A program made the translations under genes and the position numbers. The notes under the pieces are model-generated. The model saw only the letters and a list, made by a program, of their open reading frames with translations, made no database searches and was not told the DNA's origin. From Candidatus Hodarchaeota archaeon (GTDB taxonomy: Archaea; Asgardarchaeota; Heimdallarchaeia; Hodarchaeales; Hodarchaeaceae), in the NCBI GenBank assembly GCA_016839815.1, contig JAEOTM010000204.1:32001-96000 (forward strand): a DNA stretch of 64,000 nucleotides, written 5' to 3'. Numbering within the stretch: the stretch's first letter is position 1; each line of letters begins with the position of its first letter. Below are positions 10,067 through 21,047 of the stretch, in pieces.

Positions 10067-11743
10067 TTGCCTAGGAAGAGACTTAAAACGAGAAGTGAAC
10101 TTTTCTACTTTCTAAACGAATATAAGAGGAATAGCCGATTGGGATATCAAAAAAGTTTGAAATTTAAGATCCTTGGATTAAGTCTGTTATTATTGAACTT
10201 AAGAATAATTCCAGTCGTATCCAGTACAGAATTAGGAATGAATATTACTACCAGTCATTCAAGCAGTAATGGAGTCTCAATAATCTTGATGATTGGTGAT
10301 GGGATGGGATTTGAACACGTAGAACTAGCACAATGGGTTGAAAAAGGAGTTAATGGATCATTAAATATGCAGGAACTTCCTATCAAAGGAAAAGTAACAA
10401 CTCATAATATATTGAATGCAATAACTGACAGTGCAGCCAGTGCAACCGCTATGGCCACGGGTTACAAAACTCATAATAGTATAATCTCACAAAGTTTAGC
10501 GGGTGTCGATTTAGTAACAATATTGGAACTTTCTGAACAATTAAATAAATCGACAGGCATCATCACCACAACTGAAGTTACCCACGCAACTCCTGCGGCC
10601 TTTTATGCTCATACGTTAAGTCGTGATAATGAATACGAAATTGGACAACAGCTGATTCCGAGTGGTCTTGATACAATTATGGGTGGGGGAAAAAATAAGT
10701 TCCTTTCCCAATTAGACACTCTTCAAACCCAAGGATATACAATTTTGGAAAATCGATCTGAACTCTTAACAAGTTCTGCCGAGAAAATCTTTGGTCTCTT
10801 TACAAATAGTGCATACCCATATGAGCAGGATCGAGATCGGGAACTAGTTCCATCCCTAGCTGAAATGACAGAAAAATCGATAGAAATCCTTTCCCATAAC
10901 GATAATGGGTTCTTCTTACTAGTGGAAGGAGGACAAATTGATTGGGCTAGTCATGTAACCGAAGCAAAGAACACTGCGCTAGAGACAATTGAGTTTGATA
11001 AAGCAGTAAAGAAGGCTATTAATTACGTAGAAAGCCATAATAATACGATCCTAATAGTTACAGCTGACCATGAAACAGGAGGATTGGTTATTTCCTCAGA
11101 AATGTTTAAGACTCCTCTTCCCAATGAAAATAATACCGATGAGTTGAATGAAGAGTTAAGAATTAATCGAACACGTGAGATCGCTCTTTCTTGGGATACA
11201 GGGGGCCATACAAAGGCAAATGTTCCGCTTTTTGCATACGGAACTTATCTTGAATCAATTCATAATTCCACCATTGATAATACGTATATACATTTGATAA
11301 TGAAGAATTATCTTCTACCTTATGATCAGGGGAAACCTGAACTCACAATTGTCTCCCCAGAAAATCGATCGTATGACAAATCAACACTTATCCTATCACT
11401 CGATTCAAATGAGTCTCTTACATGGGTTGGGTATTCATTAAATAATGGCCCCAATGTATCTGTTCACTCATTAACGAAACACCTTTCTCTTAGTGATGGA
11501 AACTATTTCCTAAAGGTGTATGGGAACGACACAATGAATAATTTTGCGTCTGCCGAAGTCTACTTTACAATTAGTGAAACACAAGAGTCTTCAACAACCA
11601 CAAGCTTAGAAACAACAACTGAATCAACAGTTTCCTCCTTGGATACATCAACTCCAGCTTTTCGATTCGACGCAGTGATGTTTATCTCATTCATAGCACT
11701 ATTCTACTTATCTAAGAAAAGACATCTAAAAGTCAAGTCATAA
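10067..11743 (+). CDS. Alkaline phosphatase, secreted, with C-terminal Ig-like domain and membrane anchor
   Basis: IGDGMG, TDSAASATA, HATPA, VEGGQIDWASH, TADHETGG, GGHT. Thr-rich linker then TM. Start uncertain. Confidence 0.93.
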   Translation: MPRKRLKTRSELFYFLNEYKRNSRLGYQKSLKFKILGLSLLLLNLRIIPVVSSTELGMNITTSHSSSNGVSIILMIGDGMGFEHVELAQWVEKGVNGSLNMQELPIKGKVTTHNILNAITDSAASATAMATGYKTHNSIISQSLAGVDLVTILELSEQLNKSTGIITTTEVTHATPAAFYAHTLSRDNEYEIGQQLIPSGLDTIMGGGKNKFLSQLDTLQTQGYTILENRSELLTSSAEKIFGLFTNSAYPYEQDRDRELVPSLAEMTEKSIEILSHNDNGFFLLVEGGQIDWASHVTEAKNTALETIEFDKAVKKAINYVESHNNTILIVTADHETGGLVISSEMFKTPLPNENNTDELNEELRINRTREIALSWDTGGHTKANVPLFAYGTYLESIHNSTIDNTYIHLIMKNYLLPYDQGKPELTIVSPENRSYDKSTLILSLDSNESLTWVGYSLNNGPNVSVHSLTKHLSLSDGNYFLKVYGNDTMNNFASAEVYFTISETQESSTTTSLETTTESTVSSLDTSTPAFRFDAVMFISFIALFYLSKKRHLKVKS

Positions 11744-11768
11744 TATATTGTATATTTTTCGCGTAAAC

Positions 11769-12785
11769 TTAGGAGAGTGCTTCCTCAAGAATTGGAAGAC
11801 GTAGACCTGTAATATTCTTTACAATTTTTGCTAGATAAGTAGTATAAGAACGATAAGTAGTTAGAAACATTTTTTTTGTGATTTCTGTTTCCCCCGTAAT
11901 CTGGGGATTAAGTAATGCACTATAACACCGTAAAAGATTATGTAAAATTGATAAAATCAGGAAATATTCAATATTGGTTACTTGTAAATCCGAATAAGTT
12001 TGATATAAGTCTACAAACGTCTCTTGAACATCTGTTCCTGCAGACGATGTAGCTACAATCGCAAAGGCTAAATCATGACGGAAATCACCAAGTTTAATAT
12101 CTGCCCAATCAATGACTACGAGCTTTTTCTGTGGAGTTATAATCACATTATTCATGTGATAATCTCCGTGCAATAATGATAAATTCTCAGTTTTAACCTT
12201 ATTATCATCTAACCAATCTATCAATGGTTTTAAATCGTTAATGTTATGGAGAGAGGTCATTCTTTTAGGAAAGCTAATGAGATTATATACATATACATAC
12301 GGATTGGACTTAATATCAAGGATGTTAAAGGAGAAGGAATTATTTAATTCATTCCTCCAATCATAATTATGAATATGAACCATCTCTCGAATAAACATGG
12401 TAATTCCTTCCATCTTTAGCTTATCTGAGTTAGAGTGGAAAATATAATCCGAGAGTAACTTTCCTGGGATCTGTTCCATTATTAAGAAACTTCGAGAGAG
12501 TGTCTCGGAGTTTTTTTTCCAAAGATAGGGACTTGGAACGGAAATTCCCCTAGATTTTAGAGCACTCAATATGCTAAATTCGATCTTTGCACGGTTAGAG
12601 TTTCGTCTATACACTCGTAAGATGAGAGGAATAGTATGATTATTGGTGTTAAAAGAAAAACTAAAGGTTTCTGTATCCGCTCCCTGTAATTTATGAAATT
12701 TGTCAACAGTTGATGTTTCTGAGGAAGGAAATACTTTCGTTAATTCAGTTATTAATTCGTCTTTCAGGTCTTTGCTGATTTCCAT
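11769..12785 (-). CDS. Aminoglycoside/choline phosphotransferase-family protein
   Basis: LLHGDYHMNN and IDWAD motifs. Confidence 0.88.
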   Translation of the reverse strand: MEISKDLKDELITELTKVFPSSETSTVDKFHKLQGADTETFSFSFNTNNHTIPLILRVYRRNSNRAKIEFSILSALKSRGISVPSPYLWKKNSETLSRSFLIMEQIPGKLLSDYIFHSNSDKLKMEGITMFIREMVHIHNYDWRNELNNSFSFNILDIKSNPYVYVYNLISFPKRMTSLHNINDLKPLIDWLDDNKVKTENLSLLHGDYHMNNVIITPQKKLVVIDWADIKLGDFRHDLAFAIVATSSAGTDVQETFVDLYQTYSDLQVTNIEYFLILSILHNLLRCYSALLNPQITGETEITKKMFLTTYRSYTTYLAKIVKNITGLRLPILEEALS

Positions 12786-13399
12786 CTTGATCTAGCTGAA
12801 ATCATTGTTAATATATATTTTCCGTTAAAAAATTCTGCTAATTTCTCTAACAAGCCGCATCAAAAGCAGGAGGAGCACACCAACAAATTAATATTTCACA
12901 GAAATAAATAATATCAAGGAGGATGTTAGGAAGGATACGTATATATAGACCTTTGAACCAGAATAACGTGGAGGTAAAGAAAGCCAACAATAGAATGAAA
13001 AGTATAGAAAAAAAAGAGCGAAAAATAATCAAAGGCTCCCCTAAACCCAAAACTCAAGCGAAAATTAAAACTCATCTCAATTCTAAAATTTCTATTAACA
13101 AAGATCGTGTTCAATCCGTTAATATTTTCCTCTATTCCTACCCCTTTATGCAAAGATATCGATCAAATTCTTACTATCGCCCTACTCTTTAGAAATATCA
13201 CAAGTCCACAAAAATGAATCTTGGACTTTAGTAATAGACCACACCCTTTATTTTTTTGTATCCTATGAGCTTCATATCGAATGAAGTAATCAAGAGATAT
13301 ATATGCCTAAATTTCTTTTACGAGGAGATTTCGATTTAGTAAAGAATTTATAGTCCGTAACCTATAAATTATTAGAAAAACTAATGAGGGATAAAAATC

Positions 13400-14260
13400 A
13401 TGAAAAATCGAACTAAAAGTTTTACGCTTAGTATTGCATTTGTTATATTATTATTCGGGTTAACTATCTCAACGACTCAAGTTTCTGTGGGAACCAGTCC
13501 CATGATAGAAATTCCTGGCAGTTTTGTTTATACGGTAGATTCTAACCATTTTGATATCGGAATGTTAATTGGAAATTCAATGTGTTTGGAATTCACTAAA
13601 TTAAATCCTACTGAATTACCATACAATGTAGAAGATAGAATGAATTATACATTGATCGACGTACAACCTGACCAGTACATATTTGACGAGATCATCTATT
13701 CACCTAATGGTACTATTCATATGGAAGGAAATTATTCAGTTTCCAGACTCGAAATTAGAATTCCATTATTTGTTACAACAAACAACCAAACACTGATTCA
13801 GGAGGCTTTCAGTACCACTCCAGATTGGAATATCTCTTACTTCGAATATTTTCTTTACATGAAACAAACAGCTTATGATTATCCTGAACTCGGAGATACC
13901 ATGTACTCAGAGTATGTTTACGACAGTCGTTCTGGATGGTTGATGAGCTTATACCAAAAGAGGACAGCAGCAGATCAAACAATTACAATGGAAATGGAAC
14001 TTATTGCCATTACTGCGACATTGCCCCCAATAACAACTATTCCCCCTACCTCAACTGAAATCCCAACAACAATGGAAGAAACTTCAGAATCAACAACAGA
14101 ACCGACATTGGAAAATACAACAACATCAGAGCTGACAACTGATGATTCAAATACTTCAACTAATACCACGACTATCCCAGATATCTCGAGTTTTGTAGGA
14201 TTCGCGGAAATTCTCGGAGTAATCGCTTTCGTAATTGTCATCTATCGTAGGAAAAGATAA
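13400..14260 (+). CDS. Secreted cell-surface protein with Thr-rich linker and C-terminal anchor
   Basis: Signal peptide, T/E/S-rich tract, VGFAEILGVIAFVIVIYRRKR tail. Confidence 0.85.
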   Translation: MKNRTKSFTLSIAFVILLFGLTISTTQVSVGTSPMIEIPGSFVYTVDSNHFDIGMLIGNSMCLEFTKLNPTELPYNVEDRMNYTLIDVQPDQYIFDEIIYSPNGTIHMEGNYSVSRLEIRIPLFVTTNNQTLIQEAFSTTPDWNISYFEYFLYMKQTAYDYPELGDTMYSEYVYDSRSGWLMSLYQKRTAADQTITMEMELIAITATLPPITTIPPTSTEIPTTMEETSESTTEPTLENTTTSELTTDDSNTSTNTTTIPDISSFVGFAEILGVIAFVIVIYRRKR

Positions 14261-14852
14261 TATTCGTTTTCAGAATAATCTATAGTAGAACTTGACTATC
14301 ATTCTAGGTGAAAGTAAGGGAAAACTACAATTAATTCTGAATCCTATCTCTTCTACTAGAATTCCTAGAAAATCTCCATGTTACAAGGAATTAAAAGAAA
14401 GTGAAATCAGTGAAATTCAATTTAAGTGACATATTTGTCATTTTCGGTTATCTCAGTAGAGGAAATCAACGCTGATCCCATTCCAGTGGAGGTGAAGGGG
14501 TGCAAAATTAATGGGCCCGTGAAATTATCTGAGTAAAATCGGAAAGTTAAAAGAGCACGGCATTTTTATTGAACTACCCACGTTACGCGGTAAAAAACGC
14601 TTTTTACATTCGCTAAATTACTTATTTACGACTTTTCGATAATTCTTAGTAATTCTTTTGGTCTGAACAAATTAGGAATATTTAGACTTAAGCATTCATT
14701 ATAGTTGTGTATTTTCTTCAATCTTGAGAAACTCAATCTAAATTCATTATAGTGCTGAGGTTATCTCTGAGAGTTGTTGTTCTGCTAAATTGAGAATGGA
14801 TGAATCCTCATGTCCAGAACTCTTTTAAAAGAATTATTAGATAATTTCAATT

Positions 14853-16382
14853 ATGAGTAAGATAGAGAATTTGAAGAAAAGCCTCAACACTATCTTACTC
14901 CAATTTCCCAAGTTTGTTGAAAAATATTCACTAGAGGATCAGCAATTAATAGCTGAGTTTTTAAATGTAATAAAATTTTATGAGGAGGCAGATAACCGTC
15001 GAAATGTACTATTAGCACGCTTTACGGAATTTATCACTAAAACGAGAAATAGAAAACAATACTACGACTTACCCTTTCTCGGATTAACTGTAGTAATCGC
15101 AGAGAACGCAGTATATCACTTAAGTATTGCACGATTCTACCCCTTGGAGTTTTACAACTCACTTTTACAGCAGCTTCGGCCCCTTTTTCAACTTATTAGG
15201 CGAATAGAACCATTAATTAGCTTGAAGTATGAGGAAACACTCCAGGCGACAAGAAGTCTGTACTCACCATTATCCTCTGATGAATATCGACTGTTACAAT
15301 ATACATATTCTCTTCTAAAATCAGAAGGATTAACATCTTTAAATTCTAATTATATTAAAACAGAATTTGGAAAAAAAGAAGATATTCCCAGACGATTAAA
15401 AAAGGAAATAGAAATTTCTCGTTTTTATACATTAATTGAGGGCAGATGGTGGATTCATTTTCATTTTCCAGCCTTTGGATTAAGTCAAGTAGTATTTCAT
15501 TTTGAATTAATTGATAACACATCATTAATTGATCTAATTGACCTTAATAATCCGAATAACACAGTTTTAACCTATAGTAACGTTTTTCAAGTTTTGAATT
15601 CAAACAGTGAATATATTGGTATTTTCACTATTCCCAATAACGATATTAATCTTCTTAAGGATCTTTTTCAACGGTATGAACAGAGTAGATTAGTCAAACG
15701 AAAAGAATTAACTGTAATCAGTCATCGACTAAGGAGTACATCTTTTGATTATTATAAGGAGGAAAAGGGGTGGAGGAACTTATCAGCTAACAAAAAACAA
15801 AGTATTAAACAAGTATTGAGTTCTACAGATCCTGAAGTATATAATTTGGAGCAGAGTTCCTTTAATATTCCAAATTTTAACAATTCAAATTGGTCATTCT
15901 CTGAACACCAATCTCCTGAAAAAATTATCAAATTTTTTTGTACAACACCTTCTGAATTCGCTTATACAGGTCTTCCATTAAACATACCTTCATCAGACTA
16001 TCCTAACTCTCTTAATAGGGATGACATTGAGTTAATACATTATTTTTATTCACAAAAGGTATTAAGTATAGGTTTTATTCCTTGGCGTTTAATAGATGAT
16101 TATTCGTTAAATATCTATGTTGTAAAGGTTCCAGCTGTGCCATTAGCGAAGTTAGAGCACTTCTTAAGTGTTATTCCTTATGCCGAGATTTATTTTGCTC
16201 CAGATAGTTACTATCTGTGGACCGTTCTCCCACCCACTATAATCAGCTGGATAAAAAATACTCTTAAATGGTCTATCATTCCTGTACAACGAATTCATGT
16301 AAGACAGGAATTAACATCAGAGTGGTTTGATACGAAATCACTATTATGGACTAGACCTGAAATTTTGGGACGAAATAAGTAA
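14853..16382 (+). CDS. ~500-aa putative tandem Lrp/AsnC-like (wHTH+RAM) regulator
   Basis: Motifs align by eye with 31219-32676: FHFPAFGLSQV vs LDMGKLGYETY, STSFDYYKEEKGW vs SWNLSTLQEGKNKW, FLSVIPYAEIYF vs FCLTLPHIDLF. Confidence 0.55.
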   Translation: MSKIENLKKSLNTILLQFPKFVEKYSLEDQQLIAEFLNVIKFYEEADNRRNVLLARFTEFITKTRNRKQYYDLPFLGLTVVIAENAVYHLSIARFYPLEFYNSLLQQLRPLFQLIRRIEPLISLKYEETLQATRSLYSPLSSDEYRLLQYTYSLLKSEGLTSLNSNYIKTEFGKKEDIPRRLKKEIEISRFYTLIEGRWWIHFHFPAFGLSQVVFHFELIDNTSLIDLIDLNNPNNTVLTYSNVFQVLNSNSEYIGIFTIPNNDINLLKDLFQRYEQSRLVKRKELTVISHRLRSTSFDYYKEEKGWRNLSANKKQSIKQVLSSTDPEVYNLEQSSFNIPNFNNSNWSFSEHQSPEKIIKFFCTTPSEFAYTGLPLNIPSSDYPNSLNRDDIELIHYFYSQKVLSIGFIPWRLIDDYSLNIYVVKVPAVPLAKLEHFLSVIPYAEIYFAPDSYYLWTVLPPTIISWIKNTLKWSIIPVQRIHVRQELTSEWFDTKSLLWTRPEILGRNK

Positions 16383-16451
16383 GATTAAAGATGTGTTCTG
16401 TAGAAAAAAAAAGGAGGAAATATAAGGAATAGTATCCTTAAGTTATCACAA

Positions 16452-16487
16452 TTATTTACCGTTTCCACGGTCTCCTGGGGGCATCAT
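16452..16487 (-). CDS. Putative 11-aa micropeptide MMPPGDRGNGK
   Basis: GC-rich 36-nt ORF in an AT-rich spacer. GAGGT RBS 7 nt upstream, TTAAAAAG about 35 nt upstream, minus-strand T-tract at about 16404-16412 downstream. Confidence 0.5.
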   Translation of the reverse strand: MMPPGDRGNGK

Positions 16488-16650
16488 CTTAAAGACCTCA
16501 ATTCTTAGATTTGAAAGAGCTTTTTAAGAACCTTAAAATCCACCCAGTGTCACTAAATATTAAAGAGATAAAATAAAAATAATTAATACACTTCTGCAAA
16601 CTGTTTATGAAAATAAATATTAAACTGAAGAACAGGATAACTTACTCTGG

Positions 16651-18747
16651 ATGAAAGGGATAATGAACTCACAACAAAAGGGAGAAAATCAAACTGAGGA
16701 AATCCAGATGGTTGAGCGTATGATTAGAGAGGGGGAATATAACGACGCTCTATCACTAATCAATACAGCCATAGATAAGTTACCGAGTAATTATCGTCTA
16801 GAAGATGAAATTCAGTATAAATTACCGAAAACAGAAATTTTAATACATCAAGGTAAGTATAAGAAAGCTTTAGAGATAATAAAACCTTTAAATGCTCAAA
16901 TTATAAATGTAGAAAATTGTATTTTAAAAATAAGGATTATCACAGTTTATGCTGATGTATTATACTATTTAGGAACTTTCACAGACGGATTGGAAGTTCT
17001 GTCAAATGGGGAGAAGTTATTGGAGGAAGCATTGTCATTTACCAATCAGAATTGTTCGAAAGAACAAGCACATTTATTGAAAGTGAAAGGAAAGATTTTA
17101 GAGAAACTGGGAGAGGAGGAAGAGTCATTAGCTCATTATCAGAAGAGTCTAGCATTATTTCAGGAGATTAAAGATCAAATAGGAATTTCTTCAATTTTGA
17201 ATAATATAGGCATAATTTATCGTAAACAAGGGGCATTAAACCAAGCATTGGAATATTATCAACGAAGTTTGGCCATTAGAAAGCGATTGGATAATAAACT
17301 TGACATTGTTGCCACTCTTAATAATATTGGGATTATTTATATGTTCCAAGGTGACCTGAATAGGGCTTTAGCTCATTATCAGGATGCACTGACTATCCTA
17401 GAGGAAATTGGGCATAAACAATATATGGCCGCAATCAACAACAATATAGGAAATATTTTTTTCGATAAAGGGGAGCTAGATACTGCTTTCAGTCATTATC
17501 AAACAAGTTTAACCTTATGGGGAGAATTAGGCCATCAACAATATAATGCTTATGGAATTAACCACCTTGGTAAAATCCATAGACGGAAAGGTGATCTTGA
17601 AGAGGCATTAGTCCATTATCAACAGGCACTATTATTATTAAATGAAATCGGGAATAATCTGGATATTTCAATCACCTTATTCGATCTTATTTCGACTGCA
17701 TTAGACAAGAATGATGATCAGCTTGCACAGGAATATTTACTGGCTTTAAAACAGATAAAAGAGCAAGAAAAAAATAGAGTAATCGATCAAAGATATCGAG
17801 TGGCAAAAGCTCTACAATTGAAAAATGATGAACGATCTCGAAAGAGAACTAAGGCCGAAGAATTACTGGTTCAGGTTATTAATGAAGAAATTATTGATCA
17901 TGAAATAACTGAATATGCTATGCTTAATCTGTGCGAATTATATATCGATAATCTAAAACGTACAAATGATAGAACCATTTTAATGAAGGTACAGAAGTTA
18001 GTTTTAAAATTATCAGAGGTAGCAAAAGATCAACATTCACATTGGTTAATAGCAGAGGCCTATTTTCTAAAAGCGAAACTATTCCTAATTGATTTAAATC
18101 TCGATAAAGCCCGCGAATTCTTAGGACAAGCGCAGATTATAGCTGAAGAACGAGGAATGAAAAATCTTGCAATGAAGATATCATATGAGCATGATTTACT
18201 ACTCCATGATCTACCCAAGTATGCTGAACTTAGCGAAAAAGACGCCCCCTTAGCCGAACGATTGGAATTCGCAAAATTAGATCATCTTATCAAACGATTA
18301 ACACATATGCGATTATTAGAACTTCCAGCGCTGAAAGAAGAAGAACCAGTATTAGTTTTGGTAATGGCGGAAAACGGATTAAGCTTATTTTCAAAACCAT
18401 TTCTTCCAGAAGGAGAAATCAACCCTCAATTATTTGGAGGTTTTCTTTCTGCTATCCACTCCTTTTCAGAAGCGGTTTTTTCGAGAACATTGGACCGTGC
18501 CCTCTTAGGTGAATATACCCTTGTCATGAAAACAGAAGAACCTCTACTAATGTGTTATATCTGTAAAGGACAGGCATTCTCTGCTCTTCAGAAGCTTAAT
18601 CAGTTTATCCAACATACCACTAAATCTGATAAGTACTGGAATGCTCTATTGCAAGGGAGTCAAACAGGAAAAACCCTTGATAACTCAGACTATGCGTCTC
18701 TTGAACATTTGGCCAGCTCTATCTTTTCACAAACAAGAGAAGAGTAA
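16651..18747 (+). CDS. TPR protein with C-terminal longin-like domain
   Basis: Repeated LNNIGIIY...G.L..AL.YYQ.SL TPR units. C-terminal VLVMAENGLSLFSKPF...LFGGFLSAIHSFSEAVF resembles Asgard longin-like domains. Confidence 0.85.
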   Translation: MKGIMNSQQKGENQTEEIQMVERMIREGEYNDALSLINTAIDKLPSNYRLEDEIQYKLPKTEILIHQGKYKKALEIIKPLNAQIINVENCILKIRIITVYADVLYYLGTFTDGLEVLSNGEKLLEEALSFTNQNCSKEQAHLLKVKGKILEKLGEEEESLAHYQKSLALFQEIKDQIGISSILNNIGIIYRKQGALNQALEYYQRSLAIRKRLDNKLDIVATLNNIGIIYMFQGDLNRALAHYQDALTILEEIGHKQYMAAINNNIGNIFFDKGELDTAFSHYQTSLTLWGELGHQQYNAYGINHLGKIHRRKGDLEEALVHYQQALLLLNEIGNNLDISITLFDLISTALDKNDDQLAQEYLLALKQIKEQEKNRVIDQRYRVAKALQLKNDERSRKRTKAEELLVQVINEEIIDHEITEYAMLNLCELYIDNLKRTNDRTILMKVQKLVLKLSEVAKDQHSHWLIAEAYFLKAKLFLIDLNLDKAREFLGQAQIIAEERGMKNLAMKISYEHDLLLHDLPKYAELSEKDAPLAERLEFAKLDHLIKRLTHMRLLELPALKEEEPVLVLVMAENGLSLFSKPFLPEGEINPQLFGGFLSAIHSFSEAVFSRTLDRALLGEYTLVMKTEEPLLMCYICKGQAFSALQKLNQFIQHTTKSDKYWNALLQGSQTGKTLDNSDYASLEHLASSIFSQTREE

Positions 18748-18776
18748 CAGTAGGTTTACATTTGATTTAAACGTTC

Positions 18777-19565
18777 TCAATCAGAAGAACAGGAGAAAAT
18801 TGAATAATTTCTTTTGTGAGAAAACCCTACTTTTTGATAAAGGCGTATAGCAGGAAAATTATCTTCAGCCACAAATAATGAAACTATCTCTTTCTTTTTC
18901 AGGATCTCTTTTCCAATAGTAGAGACTAAGTTCTTACCAATCGACTGGCCGCGAAATTCTGGCAGGACAAGGATATTCCCTAAATGTGCTAATTCGGGAG
19001 TTTCAAAATGAGTGCCACCACATGCAATGATAAATCCCTTTTTCTTCTTAAAGAAGTAGAATTGGCTTTCTAGCTGAATTGGATTCCAAGGAAAGGTATT
19101 ATTTTTTTTATAAAATGCATTTATGTGGGTTAAATCTGCGGTAGAAGCATGAGTAAATGAAATATCTGCCTCATGAAAGAGTGCGCAAGTACGATTGGTT
19201 ACCATACAAAATTCCGCACTTTGATCATTGAGAGAGAAATTCTGGCGTAGTAAAGTTGCATCGATGGTTGAGGAAACCAATACAAACTGTCTAGGAAGGA
19301 TTGAACGCAACCTGGATAGGATAAACTCCATTATTGCATCGGATGTGTTTAATATTACGACAGAGGGAACTTGAAACCCTTTAAACACCGTAAAAAAGGA
19401 GAGAAGATTATTTCCCTCAAAAACACCAAAAATATCAGATAAATCTAAGCAAGGAGGAAATAAATCACCAATCAACACAAGATTTTCGTATAGGTCTTTT
19501 TTGGCATATTGATAACAACGATTGAGTAAATCTTGATTGTCTTGCGAAATTGGATGGATTTTCAT
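18777..19565 (-). CDS. GNAT acetyltransferase
   Basis: VLPEFRGQSIG and NFPAIRLYQKVGF. Confidence 0.9.
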   Translation of the reverse strand: MKIHPISQDNQDLLNRCYQYAKKDLYENLVLIGDLFPPCLDLSDIFGVFEGNNLLSFFTVFKGFQVPSVVILNTSDAIMEFILSRLRSILPRQFVLVSSTIDATLLRQNFSLNDQSAEFCMVTNRTCALFHEADISFTHASTADLTHINAFYKKNNTFPWNPIQLESQFYFFKKKKGFIIACGGTHFETPELAHLGNILVLPEFRGQSIGKNLVSTIGKEILKKKEIVSLFVAEDNFPAIRLYQKVGFSHKRNYSIFSCSSD

Positions 19566-19582
19566 GAAGAAAATTCAGCACC

Positions 19583-20083
19583 TTATATTTGGTAAACCAT
19601 CTGATAATGAGTTTCAGTTTCATCTTTTGTGACGAAACCCAAATTTTTATACAGATTAAAGGCTTTATGATTCACTTTGAGGACCTGCAACATGATATTT
19701 TTGTTTTCATTTTTTCCTCGTTCGATAATCTCCTTAATTAGCTTTGATCCAATTCCTTTATTCTGAAATATTGGAAGAATTTCTATCACACTAAGAACGA
19801 GTGTATCTGATCTCTGATCAACCTCGATACATCCAATATCCTTCCCAGATATTTGAATAATCTTATACAATTCAGGATTCACAGTCTGTTGATGACGTGT
19901 ATATTGAAAAGCATCATCCCAACCCCAAATTTGGGCTACATACTCTTTAAGTGTTGCTTTCTTGAGAACAAACAGAAACTCTAAGTCCTCTGGGATCCCC
20001 GAACGAAGTGTGATATTTTCCAGCATAAATAGTTGAAAAGAATTAGGGGTTTTTTCTCTTTCTTTCTCACTCAAATGATTCAT
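19583..20083 (-). CDS. GNAT acetyltransferase
   Basis: FQNKGIGS and NHKAFNLYKNLGF. Confidence 0.9.
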   Translation of the reverse strand: MNHLSEKEREKTPNSFQLFMLENITLRSGIPEDLEFLFVLKKATLKEYVAQIWGWDDAFQYTRHQQTVNPELYKIIQISGKDIGCIEVDQRSDTLVLSVIEILPIFQNKGIGSKLIKEIIERGKNENKNIMLQVLKVNHKAFNLYKNLGFVTKDETETHYQMVYQI

Positions 20084-20104
20084 CTATAAACCAGTATATT
20101 CATC

Positions 20105-20887
20105 TCAAAGTAGAATAATAAGCTTACCATGCCAACCGATATTTAACTGATTTTCTCCCTGATAAGTATTCACATGGCCAAATTCAACTCTTATTTGGGT
20201 ACCAACTTGCACTTGGGAAATCTGCTCATTCCATAAAACAAGAGTAATATTACCAGTAGTGTCTCTAAGTTCAGCATGAGCTACTGATAATCGCTTACCG
20301 GTCGATCGAGAGATTACTTCCTTTGGAGATGAGATAGAATGAACAACCCCTTCCACATTAATATCTTTCAATCCCTCTGTTAGGTCATGTATCTTTTGAA
20401 GTATAAATGGAGAAGAAGTTGTCAGTGCTTTTTGATACCAGATTCCTCGCCAATCGAAAGGTCCGACCTCCCAGCCGACCTGGACAAAACCGTGTTTTTT
20501 GTAGAAGTTCTGAGTTCTCTTATTCCAGTCTGGGGTCCCTAAAGTCCAGAACTGGACCTGAGGATATCTTTTCCAGAGCAATGTCATAGCACGAGAGGCT
20601 AATCCCTTGTTATGGAAAGGAGGATCAATAAATATTCGTTCAAGAACACGATGATGTTTTCCCCGAGCTGTTACTAATAAACCTCCCACAATGTTTTCAC
20701 CCAACATAATTTTATAATAATCAAGAAAGCCCATAAAGCGTTCTTGAAAGGAGGTAGAGTCGTAACCAGGAGGACCCCCCAATCCAGGGGCTCCTACTTC
20801 AGTATCACTATCAAACGCTCGCTTGGAGATTGCAGTTAGTTCCATAACATCTTTTTTTTCGGCAGCTTCGAGTCTAATGATATCCAT
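20105..20887 (-). CDS. GNAT acetyltransferase fused to a C-terminal SSB/RPA-like OB fold
   Basis: FHNKGLA and NFYKKHGF, followed by INVEGVV...AELRDTTGNITLVLWNEQ...YQGENQLNIG. Confidence 0.85.
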   Translation of the reverse strand: MDIIRLEAAEKKDVMELTAISKRAFDSDTEVGAPGLGGPPGYDSTSFQERFMGFLDYYKIMLGENIVGGLLVTARGKHHRVLERIFIDPPFHNKGLASRAMTLLWKRYPQVQFWTLGTPDWNKRTQNFYKKHGFVQVGWEVGPFDWRGIWYQKALTTSSPFILQKIHDLTEGLKDINVEGVVHSISSPKEVISRSTGKRLSVAHAELRDTTGNITLVLWNEQISQVQVGTQIRVEFGHVNTYQGENQLNIGWHGKLIILL

Positions 20888-21047
20888 ACAACCATTCTCC
20901 GTTCTCAGTCATCAAATCGTCAATCGGTGTCTAAAATGTTCTATTCTTTTTCTCGTATTAACCAGATGATTGTGGTAATAAAAGTTGCTATTGACTTGGG
21001 ATTGATTATTATTCTGAAATTAAAACTGATAAATTTTGAGAAAACAG

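Noticed and set aside
12847-13192. Three overlapping short ORFs (67, 75 and 89 aa)
   Set aside because: They overlap each other in compositionally skewed sequence with no recognisable motif, so I could not choose a real one.
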